Of a stretch of DNA of 64,000 nucleotides, positions 13,420 through 25,079 are shown in pieces. The DNA comes from Isurus oxyrinchus. Taxonomy: Eukaryota. Where the stretch lies: positions 105,524,001-105,588,000 of the forward strand of contig JANJGN010000013.1 in the NCBI GenBank assembly GCA_026770705.1, written 5' to 3'. A model generated the notes under the pieces. That model made no database searches. It was not told the origin of the DNA and saw only the letters and a program-made list of their open reading frames with translations. A program made the position numbers and the translations under genes. Each line of letters begins with the position of its first letter. Positions within the stretch are counted from its first letter, which is position 1.

Positions 13420-13930
13420 AAACATGTCTTAATACAACACATAATATATAACCTGGTACAACATAGTAAGCTAACACAACAGATAACACAGTTAAGTAAT
13501 ATAACACATAAACTTATTACAACTATTAATCTAGAACACATTAGCCTAAAACAACATATCATACATTAAATACAACCAATTAACCAAACCACACATTAAT
13601 ATGATGCAACAGATAACCTCAATGCAATGGTACCCAGGACACTTTAACCTAATAAAATACTGCACACACATCCACCTAATACAACACATAATCTGAATAC
13701 AACACATTAACCTAATACATCTAGGTTAAATACATGAATTTAATACAATACCCAACACATTAACTTAACATCACATATTTGCCCAATGATTAGATCAATC
13801 TGTATCTTGTGTTATATTAATATGCTGTGTTCTATTAGATCCTAAATACAAGAAATTAACCTAATATAACACCGTACACAGTACGAGCTATAACACGCTA
13901 AACTGGTAAAACACAAATATTAATCTACTT
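13420..13930. repeat. Degenerate A/C-rich tandem repeat, ~17-18 bp unit (TAATACAACACATTAACC-like)
   Basis: Repeated AATACAACACAT / TTAACCTAATA motifs; strong G depletion on the + strand. Confidence 0.6.
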
Positions 13931-13959
13931 AAGTAATATAATTCATTATTAAAATTCCT

Positions 13960-15460
13960 TACGGTCATTCCATTACACTGGTCGTCGTAATTATAGGAAC
14001 TACAATACTTTTCAGAGTTAACTCACTCTACTGACTTTCGGTATATACACCACTTATCCTCCAGCCAGGTAGAATCTGAGGCCAACGTTGCAATAAAGTC
14101 TCCGTATCTTTTGATTCCCATCAAATAGTCAGGACTGTGCCAAACCAGTTCTGATGTGTACTCTTGCAATCCCACATAAGAGACCTGGATAGCAAAGTGT
14201 CAAGTTTATTCCCGAGGTGCTGTTGGTCCTGGCTGTAAATGGAGACGGATACAGGGATATACTTCCAGGCTGAAAAGCCACGAAAACCATTGCAACTAAC
14301 CTCAACTGAATACAGTAGCAGCTTTGCAAGACATGGTGAGAAGCAGCCTTTGCGCTCTGGACATACGAGGCCAGCTAGACACGTGGTTCCAACTGATAGC
14401 CTGATAATGCCGAAATTGGCCGTTTTATGCCTCGTGTGTGGACGCAGGGTCTTACTTTTGGAAGACAGATTAGCAATGCTGACATTAAATAAAGGCCTGC
14501 GAGTTGGGAGAGAGGCGGCGGGGTCCCCACGGTCCCTTGGTGGGGCTTTCGACACTTGGTGGTGTTGGACGGGCTGCTCTGTAACATTGGGATAGTGCCT
14601 GCAGCTGTAGGAAATCATGAAACGGCGGATAAATCAAAACGCGAGAGACCCGTCGTCTGAGGATGAGCCGATCCCAATTCGGGCTGGTATTAAATTTAGA
14701 CGGAAAGTGCAAAATCTGTGCAACGTCTATCCCGAAATGTGCATTCTGTAATAGACTTCAGGCCATCATCTAATCAAAGCATCTTCCCAATAGTTTGCAG
14801 GCAATGTCCATATTCTTCAGTGCATCCAAAACAATTTCTGGAAACAAATCAGTCGACATCTGCAGAGAGAACAAGGGAAGCTAACCTTTTTCATCTAGAT
14901 GTGACTCAGATCTACAACTGGAACGTTAGTTTCTGTTCTCTCCACAGGTGCTCTGCTGTTTCCAGGACTTTCTCTTTTGGTTTCAGATTTCCCGCCGTTG
15001 CAGTTGCTTATTTATTTTGTTTTTATTTGTACTCGTTAACCATCCATAGTGCTCTGGTGAAGTTTAGACCTGGGATTTCTGACAAAGTTCCATTTTATAA
15101 ACGCATTGGAGGTAATATTGTCTCTGGCGGGTGGTGTAAGATGGGCGACATCAATCCGCTACGGGTAGATATGAATAACAAGCGGCTGAATCCATACATA
15201 TCACCGCTTTCACCCAAAGGCAAAATTACCCACCCCGAACCCCGCCCTGTAGATTTGAAACGTTCATTAGTGAAAGGGAAATGGGCAATAATTAAGGTAT
15301 ACCACAAGGTTCAGTTATAAATATAAATGTATTATAATGTATGCATAGCTGCTTGCTTAGAACAAAAATGCATTTCGTTGCACACATAGAAGCCGTTGTT
15401 ATTTTCTTTATCCATATTGATTTTGATTACCTTCAATTCCATTCCTAACCGGAATGGCAG
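13960..15460. promoter_or_regulatory. CpG-enriched island, candidate promoter / first-exon region
   Basis: Dense CpG in mostly non-repetitive sequence (e.g. GGCGGCGGGG, AACGGCGGA, ACGCGAG, CCCGTCGT) against a CpG-depleted background. Confidence 0.55.
14027..14618 (-). CDS. Candidate two-exon ORF (14618-14301 + 14184-14027), product unidentified
   Basis: ATG at 14618; donor GAG|GTTAGT after 14301; acceptor CTTTGCTATCCAG| before 14184; splicing keeps the frame open (..LLLYSVE|VSYVGLQEYTSELVWHSPDYLMGIKRYGDF..); donor GA|GTGAGT after 14027; no recognised homology. Confidence 0.3.
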
Positions 15461-15756
15461 AGGAGGTATTGGTGGGTATGAGTATTCATTTAAATTAAAA
15501 TCTAATTTATAAACATTTTACATTGATTCCTTTTTTTAAAATTTGCTGAGTTGACTATTGTTTTGTAATGCTGGTTGTAGAATGTCCTGTGATAAATTGG
15601 CAGCAACAAAACCACAATCATTAATCTTCAATTCAAATTGGTCAGCGCATATTAATAATATGGAATGTACTGGCACTCATGATCAACACAAAATTTGATC
15701 ACAAATTATAGCAAATTAGCCTAGAAATCTCACAATATACAAAAACTGCCGAATAT

Positions 15757-16073
15757 TTTTCATTTGTTCATGGGATGCAGGCATCACTGGCTAGGCCAGC
15801 ATTTATTGCCCATCCCAAATTGCCCTTGTTCAGAAGGCATTTAAGAGTCAACCACATTGCTGTGGGTCTGGAGTCACATGTAGTCCAGACCAGGTAAGAA
15901 TGGCAGATTTACAATCAGCAATGGTCTTCATCAGACTTTCAATTCTATTGTCAATAGATTTAAATTTCCCCATCTACTGTGGTGGGATTTAAACCACACT
16001 CCCCAGAGCATTACCCTAGGTCTCTAGAATGCTACTCCAGTAACAATACCGTTATGCTGCCACCACCTCCCCT
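15757..16073 (-). mobile_element. Second copy of the LINE-ends SINE
   Basis: Reverse complement matches 8241-8592 and both ends of 45263-48487. Confidence 0.8.
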
Positions 16074-17140
16074 CAGGTGATTCCTCCTCATTCAGTTGAT
16101 AGTCTGTGCTACTGGAACTTTCCTGTCATCTTGTATATAATGTATATTAACTGGCCAACCGTAATATTTAACATTGGATTAAAATGATCAATGTCTGTTT
16201 ACTGAGTTAAGATGGTGTCAATATTGTTAACATCATTCCACATCAAAAACAGAATTAGTCGTCCAATAATGCTTGCAAAGATATCATTCTAAACATCATA
16301 AAAATGAAGAAATTCAATGTCCAATTATGAGTTAAACTCAATATCTGAACTATTCAATTAGTTTATAGGTTTGCGCCTTATTCCTAAATAATTATAATTC
16401 TTAACTAGTTTCATTAGTCTCATTGTTCTGACAGCAGCAGGAAAATAGGAGAGGGTTTGTCTATTTCTTTTCAGTTGCATCTACTATTAGCAGCTTTTTT
16501 TCTTGGCCCATAAAAACTTTCCCCTGCCACTATGATTTTCTTCCCAGGATCACAAATCTATCGATATACTTAATCCCATATCACATGTTTAATGGTTTGA
16601 GAAATGTTGTTATATTCATCACAGAAATCTAATCAGAATCAAAATATAAACAAAATAAATACAAAATTACTATGCTTTGAAATTTTTCAATTGAACACCA
16701 ATTGCACCAGCATTGTTCATCATGTTGAGTACAATCACATAAACACCCTGCTCTACAGTAGGCTAACAATTTGCTCCTCCTTTCTGCCATTGAATTGTCC
16801 CCCTTCTTAACTTCTTCTCTCCTCTACTCTATTACAGTCATATTTTGATCCAATTCTGTTATTTTTCCAACTTCTATACCTGTTATATTACTAACTTTAC
16901 CCCCTGCCAAAATGTCTAGATCAAACCCTTAAACCTCCCCTGCACTAATATTTTAATCTTTCTTTATTGCCCAGTTTAGTTCCTTTATGAGGATATTGCT
17001 CCATTTTGAGCTACTTTTTAATATGTTTATATGTAGCAGCCACTTATTCCAAACTCTAACCAAATGCCCTGGAAATTTCCCTTTACACCAACTCTTAAAC
17101 CATTTGATGTGTCTATTTTTCTTTTTCTATAACTGACAGA

Positions 17141-17187
17141 AATCTCAGGATTACTCCCAATGTAGCATTGGGAGTAATCCAGAGATT
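17141..17187. repeat. Short inverted repeat / hairpin
   Basis: GGATTACTCCCAATG-TAG-CATTGGGAGTAATCC (perfect 15-bp arms), extended by AATCTC/GAGATT past one mismatch. Confidence 0.9.
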
Positions 17188-17364
17188 ACTATTGTTGAGG
17201 TCCTGTTGTTCAACCTAATACCTCACTCCCTTTGCAAGATTTCCCTTTGCTCTTTCCCCCATTGACTGGTTCTAAGTGAACGATGACTTCTGGCCATTTG
17301 CACTCCCTCTAATGAAATACAATTATTTCAATATTTAATTTACATACACGGTTTCCTTAATAAA

Positions 17365-17750
17365 AAGGAAAGAACTTGCATTTCATGACCACCCGAGGTT
17401 CCAAAGCACTGAACAACCAATAAAATACTTTATGATGTGTACTGACTGTTACAATGTGGGGAACTCAGCATCCAATTAATGACCAGCAATCTCCCACAAA
17501 CAGCAATGTGATAACAACCAGATAATCTGTTTTTGTGATGTTGTTTAAGGGATAAACATTGCCCAGGACACCTCCTGTGTTCTTCTTTGAAATAGTTGCA
17601 TGGGAACTTTTAGGTCTAGCTGAGAAAGCTGACAGTTTAACATCTCATCTGAAAAATGGCACCCCTGACAGTGCAGTGCTTCCTCAGTACTGCACTGGAA
17701 CGTAAGCCGAGATTGTTATGCTCAAGTGTTGGAGTGGGATTTGAATCTAC

Positions 17751-17783
<33 letters not shown>

Positions 17784-17800
17784 TCGAGCCATGGCTGACA
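17365..17800 (-). mobile_element. tRNA/Deu-type SINE
   Basis: Reverse complement of the 12770-13170 family; head TGGCTCGATGG..GATTCAAATCCC. Confidence 0.75.
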
Positions 17801-18609
17801 TCTTTCTTAAATGATAAATAATAATAAAAATAAATAACATTTGATAAATATGTTTAAAGCTCAAGGAACTTTTATTACATGGCTGTAATATCATAGTTTA
17901 TTGATGGGGTTACTTTACAGTAGGTTCCTGTGCAAGGAATAATATGGGCATTCAGCATTATTGTCATTAATTAGAAAACCATGTCGGAACATTGTAGAAA
18001 CATGTTCTGGGAGGCTCCTTAATGAAACAAAACAAACTTTATTTACACAAGAGCTTTTGTGGCTGCTTGTATCCAGCCAGCCCTTCATACAGCCATCTTT
18101 TCCGAGAGAATCCCTCCCGAGAATTTATTCCCCTGCACTAGCCACGCATTGGTTGAATAAATCATGTGAGCCCCTACTCAGTTGAACTGATCTTAAAGTG
18201 ACAGTCATCACAAACATCATATCACATCATGTCACAACATTTATAACTCAGTTTCACTGACGGAACATAAGAAGTACTGTACAGAAGAGAATGATGTTTG
18301 TTAGCATGTCTCATTTTAGGGAGACCTGCCCCATCAGTGATATTTAATGAAAGCTATTGACTCTTCATATTGTATGTTCAACTTTTCACAATATATTTTT
18401 ATGCAAGCAGTTGTTTGTTTCCAGTGATGTTTTTATCCTTTTCACTGAATATTTGTTCCACAGTTTTGATTTCAGGCAACAGGATCACCAGCTGTTGGAT
18501 TTGACCTCAAGCACTGTAGTTTTAGTTGGGGATGGTGGGTGGTAGCAGTGGAGTTTCAGAAAGAAGTCAGCTGGCTGCTCCTTTCAGCAATCAATCAGCA
18601 GTTCAAAAC

Positions 18610-20933
18610 TTGATAATGTTAATTAGCCGAAATGTCTTCTCTGCAATGGAAACTTGGCTTAAAGAGGGGCAAAAATGGCAGCTTAGCATCCATGGATATA
18701 GAGTTTTCCAGCAGGATGGAGAAGGGGATAAAAAAGGTGGGGATGTAGCAACATTGGTTTAAAGAAACAATTACAGTTGTGAGAAGATGATATACTAAAT
18801 GAAGCACAAAATGAGGTCATATCAGTTGAGTTCAGGAATAAAAAAGGGGCAGCCACATTGCTCAGAGTGTACTATAGACGCCCAAATAGTGGAAGGGAGT
18901 TAGAAGAGCAAATATGTAGGCAAATTTCTGAGTGCAAAAACAATAGGACTGTATTAGTTGGAGACTTCAACTATCCTAATATCAATTGGGATACAAACAG
19001 TGTGAAGGACACAGAGGGCACAAAATTCTTGAACTGCATTCAAGAGAACTTTTTCAGCCAGCATGTAACAAATACAATGAGAGGGGGCGCAATTCTAGAT
19101 TTAGTCTTAGGAAATGAAGCTGGGCAAGTGGATCAAGTAGCAGTAGGGGACCATTTTAGGGATAGTGACCATAATACAGTTAGATTTAGCATCATTATGG
19201 AAAAGGACAAAGATAGAACAGGAGCATAAGTTCTAAGTTGGGAGAAGACAAATTTTGCAAAGCTGAGAGGTGAACTGATGAAATGACTGGATGCAGCTGC
19301 TAGAAGGAAAACTGTCAAATCAGTGGGAGGTTTTCAAAAGCGAGATTCTAGGGGCACAGTGTAATCGTGTCCACACAAAGAAAAACGGTGGTACTGCCAA
19401 ATCTAGAGCCCCCTGGTTATCCAGCAGCAGGCAGGGTAAGATAAAGCAGAAAAAGAGAGTTTATGACAGTCATAAAATGCTTAATGCCATAGAAAGCCTA
19501 GTGTAGAGAAAGTACAAGGGTGAAATAAAAAAGGAAATTACGAAAGCAAAGAGAGGATACGAAAAAACATTGGCAGGTAAAATCAAAGAAAACCCAAATA
19601 TGTTTTACCAGTACATTAAGAACAAGAGGATAACTAAGAAAAGGGTAGGGCTAATAGTAACCTGTGCATTGACGCTGAAGATGTGGGCAGGGTTCTTAAT
19701 GAGTACTTTGTCTCTGTCTTCTCTAAGGAAAGAGATGATGCAGACATTCTAGTTAAAGAGGGAGAGTTCAAAATGTTAGATACAATAAGCATAATGAGAG
19801 AGGAAATACTGGAGGGACTGGCATCCTTGAAGCTGGATAAATCACTAGGGTTGGATGGATTGTACCCCATGTTGTTAAAGGAAGCCAGGGAGGAAATAGT
19901 GTATGCTCTGAGGATCATTTTCCAACCATCACTAGATACAGGCAAGGTACCAGAGGATTGGAGCTCTGCGAACATTGTACCATTAATTAAAAAGGGATAG
20001 GTCAGAAAATCATAGACTGGTCAGTCTGACTTTGGTGGTGGGAAAATTATTGGAATCAATTCTGAGAGACAGGATAAACTGTCACTTAGAAAGGCACAGA
20101 TTGATTAGGGATTGTTAGCATGGCTTTGTTAGGGGAAGATTGTGTTTTACTAACTTAATGTAATTTATGAGGAAGTAATAAGGAGGATTGATGAGGGTAG
20201 TGCAGTAGATGTTGTCCACATGAATTTTAGTAAGGCATTTGACAAGGTCCCACATGGCAGACTGGTCAGAAAAGTGAGACGCCATGGGATACAGGGGAAG
20301 GTGGTGAATTAGATCCAAAATTGGCTCAGTGACAGGAAACACAGGGTAATGGTCAATGGATGTTTTTGTGAGTGGAAAGCGGTTTTCAATGGCGTTCCAC
20401 AGGGCTCAGTGTTGAGGTCCTTGCTGTTTGTCATATATATTAGTGATTTGGACTTAAATGCAGGAGGCATGATTGGGAAATTTGCAGAAGACACAAAGAT
20501 TGGCCGCATAGTTGATAGTGAAGAGGATAGCTGTTGTCTCCAGAATAATATCAATGGTTTGGTCGAGTGGATGGAAAGTGGCAGATGGAATTCACCCAGA
20601 AAAGTGTGGCCTAAGTTTGGGGAGGGCAAACAAAGCAAGGGAATAGTCAATAAACGGGAGGATATTGAGAGGGGTTGAGGAAGTGAGAGACCTGGGGATG
20701 TATGTTCACAGGTCCCTGAAGGTGGCAGAACAGCTGGACAAGGTGGTAAGGAAAGCATTTGAATGCTTTCCTTTATTGGATGAGGTACTGAATGAAAAAG
20801 CAGGGATGTAGTGGTGGAACTGTATAAAATGCTGGTTAGGCCACAGTTGGAATTTTGTGTACAGTTCTGGTCAGCACATTACAGAAAGGACATAATTGCT
20901 CTGGGGAAGAGTACAGAGGAGAATTACAAGAAT
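18610..20933 (+). mobile_element. CR1 LINE ORF2 remnant (APE endonuclease + RT), 3' end missing
   Basis: VYYRRPN, VGDFNYPNINW, ILDLVLGN, SDHNTV; RT GVPQGSVL, KFAEDTKIG, LVRPQLEFCVQFW; many stops and frameshifts. Confidence 0.92.
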
Positions 20934-21725
20934 GCGGTCTCCTCTACATTGGTGAGACTAAATGCAGACAGGATGACCACTTTGCGGAACACCTTCACTC
21001 AGTCCACAGGTATGACCCAGACCTTCCTGTCACTTGCCATTTCAACACACCACCCTCCTCTCATGCCCACAGGTCTGTCCTTGGCCTGTTGCAATGTTCC
21101 AGTGAAGCTCAACGCAAACTGGAGGAACAGCACCTCATCTTCCAATTAGGCACTTTACAGCTTTCCGGACAACATTGAGTTCAACAACTTCAGACCATGA
21201 ACTCTTTCCTCCATCTTCACCCCCTTTATAAATCCAGTATTTATTTATTTATTTATTAATTTTATTCTTTTATTTATTTGTTCATTTAAAAAAAATTCTT
21301 TTTCCCCTTCCCTGCTCTCCCTCACAGGACCATCTGTCACTTGTTTGTATGTTTTGCTTTCACAGAATGCTGACCCTTGTTCTGCTGCTAACACCTTCTG
21401 TTATCTTACCTTTATGCCATTATGAGCACCTTCTTCACTCTTCACCAGGACCATTAACACTCCTTTTGTCCATGACATCTTTGTCAATCTCTCTTTAGCT
21501 GTCACTTATTGCTGGCCTTCTATCTCGTTCCACCTGCTCCACCCCCTCTTAAACAGTATAAAATCCGTCACATTTCTACTTCTATTTAGTTCTGAAGAAG
21601 AGTCATATGGACTTGAAACATTAACTCTGTTTCTCTCTCCACAAATACTGCCAGACCTGCTGAGTTTTTCCAGCATTTTCTGTTTTTATGTCAGATTTCC
21701 AGCATCCACAGTATTTTGCTTTTAT
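20930..21725 (+). mobile_element. Penelope-like (family A) 3' fragment: GIY-YIG endonuclease end plus terminal repeat
   Basis: CGLLYIGETK..FAEHL..RKLEEQHLIFQLGTLQ; TATAAA at ~21557; hammerhead motif downstream. Confidence 0.9.
21588..21626 (+). ncRNA. Minimal hammerhead ribozyme motif (family A)
   Basis: AGUU-CUGAAGA-A-GAGUC-AUAUG-GACUU-GAAA-CAUU-AACU: CUGANGA and GAAA core, stems I and II pair. Confidence 0.7.
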
Positions 21726-22744
21726 GTAACAACTGTCCCTGTGCTTTATTCCATGCTATTTTATATAATAAAAATGAGCCAGTCTTTTTTTCTCTCTGAA
21801 ACAAATTGCATCGGCCAGCATGTGGTTGGAGGTTTGTGTAGCTAGCATCATGCAAGCTTTTAATGTATTGTTTATCAATCCATTATTCCATGCATCCCAA
21901 CCAGTTGAAATTAATTATTGAAGCTGAAATGAAATAAATTGGTTGGATTAATGTATTATAAGAAGGGCAAACTAGGATGAATCAAAGAGAAAATAAGTGA
22001 ATGTGCTGGAAAATGAGGTGAGAATTAATTTAGGATAATCTGGAAAAATAAAATGAATCAGGAGGGTGAAATTATCACGTGTTACTTGCAGGCAGGAGTC
22101 ATAATTTCATAACAAGCCATGGCCAACTGTTATCACACACTCATCAATAGACTTAGTTAATTTTTAAATCACAACCACAAAATGATGCTGCTTTCCCCAA
22201 CAAAGGGCTGTAATGAGGAATTCTCCAGAAAGGAAACAGGGAAATTTGGTATATTAATTTATTTAGAAATCAGTTCTACTAGTATAAATTACATTCAATT
22301 ATAGGCAATTTCAAGTATGTTGATTGACAGGTACTATAAAGTACGTTCATTTAGTATTGTACTGACAATACATGTAACAAAATAGTTATTTAGAAAACAC
22401 AGGTAATTCACTGTACATATTTTATTTTTATATTAGTAATTTAGAGTGTACTGATTAAATTGTGCAGGCAATAAAATGTTTTTTTATTTGTTTTGTGGAA
22501 TTGTAAACAATTTAGAGTATTTTTGTTCTCAGAGTTAGATATATAATTAAAGTGCATTCATTTATTTAGAAACACACTGGAAGCTGAGGTGGATTATTTT
22601 ATTATCTGGATTGCACAGGTGACCAAATGGTCTGAAGTAGACAGCTACTTAAGAGTGACAGTTAACATTGAACTGTGTGAAATAAATATGGCACTAATTT
22701 ATTATCTAGACCTTACACAGGAATTTAAAATGCATTAACATTAA

Positions 22745-23430
22745 ACTTACACGGGAACAGGAGTAGTCTGTTTTAGCCCTCTAACTTGTCCACTGGTTAA
22801 TTATACCATAGCTGATCTGCACCTCAAATCCATTTCCGTCCTTTGATCCTTATCCCTTGATATGCTTCACTAATAAAAACCTGTCAACCTCAGTTTTTAA
22901 AACTGCAATTAATCCAGCATCCCCACCTTTTAGGAACAAAGAATTCCAGATTCCATTACCATTTGTGTGTAAATATATTTTTGATTTCACTCCTGAATGG
23001 CCAAGCTAGATTGAGCCCTCTTGTTTTGGATACCCCAACTAGGGGGAATAGTTTTCCTGGATCTACCCTGACAGATACTCGTGTTATTTTAAGCACCTCA
23101 CTTAGATTACCCCTCAACAATGGAATACAACTCAAGCTGCTGGTCCAGTCCTGCCTTCATAATTTAACCTCTTAAAACCTGGTCTAATTTTAGTGAATCT
23201 GCACTGCACCCCATGGAAAGCTAAGATATCCTTCTTGAAATGCATTGCCCAAAATTAAGCACAATGCTCCAGATCAGGTTTGACCAAGGCTTTGTACTAC
23301 CAAAACATAACTTCCCCTCCTTTGTATTCCAGCATCTATGGCACACCCTCCCCCAGCTCCACCTCACCCATTTGATATAAAGGCCAATATTCCATTAGCC
23401 TTTCTGGTTATTTTTTGTACCTGTGCACCA
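22745..23430 (-). mobile_element. CR1 LINE 3' fragment
   Basis: Reverse complement carries CR1 RT C-terminus and 3' UTR. Confidence 0.7.
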
Positions 23431-23574
23431 TCTGTTAGATTACATTTTGTACCCGTACTAGCTTTTTAATTATGCTGGCAATTTAAATTACAATAAAATA
23501 TTTTTAATTATAAGTGTAATTTATAGTGCATTTAATTATTTTTAGAATTGTGCAGATAATTGAAAGTGCATTAA

Positions 23575-24595
23575 TTTTTTTCATTCATTCATGGGATGTG
23601 GGCTGGGCCAGCATTTATTGCCCATCCCTAATTGCCCTTGAGAAGGTGGTGGTGAGCTGCCTTCTTGAACTGCTGCAGTCCATGTGGTGTAGGTACACCC
23701 TCAGAAAGGGAGTTCCAGGATTTTGACTAAGCAACAGTAAAGGAACAGCGATATATTTCGAAGTCAGAATGCTGAGTGGCTTGGAGGGGAACTTCCAGGT
23801 GGTAGTGTTCCATGTTTCTGCCACCCTTGTCCTTCTAGATGGTAGCAGTCATGGTTTTGGAAGGTGCTGGCTAAGGAGCCTTGATGAGTTCCTGCAGTGC
23901 ATCTCGTAGATGGTACACACTGCTGCCATTGGTGGTGGAGGAGTGAATGTTTGTGGATGAGGTGCCAATTAAACAGGCTGCTTTGTCCTGGATGGTGTCA
24001 CGCTTCTTGAGTGTTGTTGGAGATGCACTCATCCAGGCAAGTGGAGAGTATTCCATCACACTCCTGACTTTTGCAGATGGTGGACAGGCTTTGGGTAGTC
24101 AGCAAGTGAGTTACTTGCCACAGGATTCTTAGCTTTGGCCTGCTCTTGTAGCCACAGTATTTATTTGGCTAGTCCAGTTCAGTTTCTGGTCAATGGTAAC
24201 CCCCAGGATTTTGATAGTAGGGGTTTCAGTGATGGTAGTGGCATTGAATGTCAAGGGGTGATGGTTAGATTCTCTCTTGTTGGAAATGGTCATTGCCTGA
24301 CACTAGTGTGGCCCAAATATTACTTGCCATTTGTCAGCCCAATCCTGGATATTGTCCAGTTCTTGCTGTATTTGGACATGGACTGCTTTAGTATCTGAGA
24401 AGTCGTAAATGGTGCTGAACATTGTACAATCATCAGCAAACATCCCCACTCCTGACCTTATGATGGAAGAAATGACATTGATGAAGTAGCTGAAGATGGT
24501 TAGGCCTAGGACACTACCCTAGGGAACTCCAGCAGTGATGCCCTGGAACTGAGAGATTGACCTCCAACAACCACAACCATCTTTCTTTGTGCTAG
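23575..24595 (-). mobile_element. 3' ~1 kb of the tRNA-headed LINE family
   Basis: Reverse complement aligns with 47440-48487 (MEYSPLAWM.A.PTT.KK.D.IQDKAA); tail ATGAATGAATGAAAAAA. Confidence 0.9.
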
Positions 24596-24874
24596 ATTGT
24601 GAAATGGTACATGGAACTGAGAGTAAAAACATATAATTATCTGTACAATTTTGCAAAATAAGTGAAAGCACTTCAAATTACCTATAAAATTTTACATAAT
24701 GAATTAATATAAAGTGTCATCATATTTCTATCTCTCTCCAGTGCTGAAGAAGAGTCATGTTGGACTCAAAACATTAACTCTGTTTCTCTCTCTAGAGATG
24801 CTGCCAGACCTGCTGAACTTTTCCAGCATTTTTGGCTTTTATTTCAGATTTCCAGCATCTTTGAAAAAAGAGAT

Positions 24875-24910
24875 ATGTCTAAGCTTTTCATCTTGCACTC
24901 ATCAGGACAC
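24875..24910 (-). ncRNA. Minimal hammerhead ribozyme motif (family B)
   Basis: GUGUC-CUGAUGA-GUGCAAGAU-GAAA-AGCUUA-GACAU; stem I pairs; palindromic AAGCUU at stem III. Confidence 0.75.
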
Positions 24911-24944
24911 TTGCAAGAATACCAATATAAGGAGAAGATAACAA

Positions 24945-25079
24945 TTTATACTGTATGTGAAAAGAGCGCTGATTGGTTGGCAAGTGGTATTGCCATGGAG
25001 AATGCACCACTCATGGTGACTGACAGTTAACTGCCAAGCATTGTTTGAAATTTAAACCACGCAGCTTGACTCTGATTGG
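24945..25079 (-). promoter_or_regulatory. Putative Pol II promoter of the family B terminal repeat
   Basis: Two CCAATCAG boxes (25072-25079, 24969-24976) and TATAAA (24945-24950) upstream of the hammerhead motif. Confidence 0.5.

Noticed and set aside
9715-13930. CRISPR-like repeat-spacer arrays in the short tandem repeats
   Set aside because: Units are degenerate and contiguous without unique spacers; eukaryotic context with no cas genes.
13963-14025. In-frame UGA followed by 20 open codons and a GTAAGG donor (selenoprotein or readthrough idea)
   Set aside because: The UGA is part of a GTGAGT donor site, no SECIS was identified, and 20 open codons occur easily by chance.
14718-15320. 200-aa plus-strand ORF
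   Set aside because: GTG start, runs through a decayed family A terminal repeat (~14900-15030), and shows no recognisable domain.
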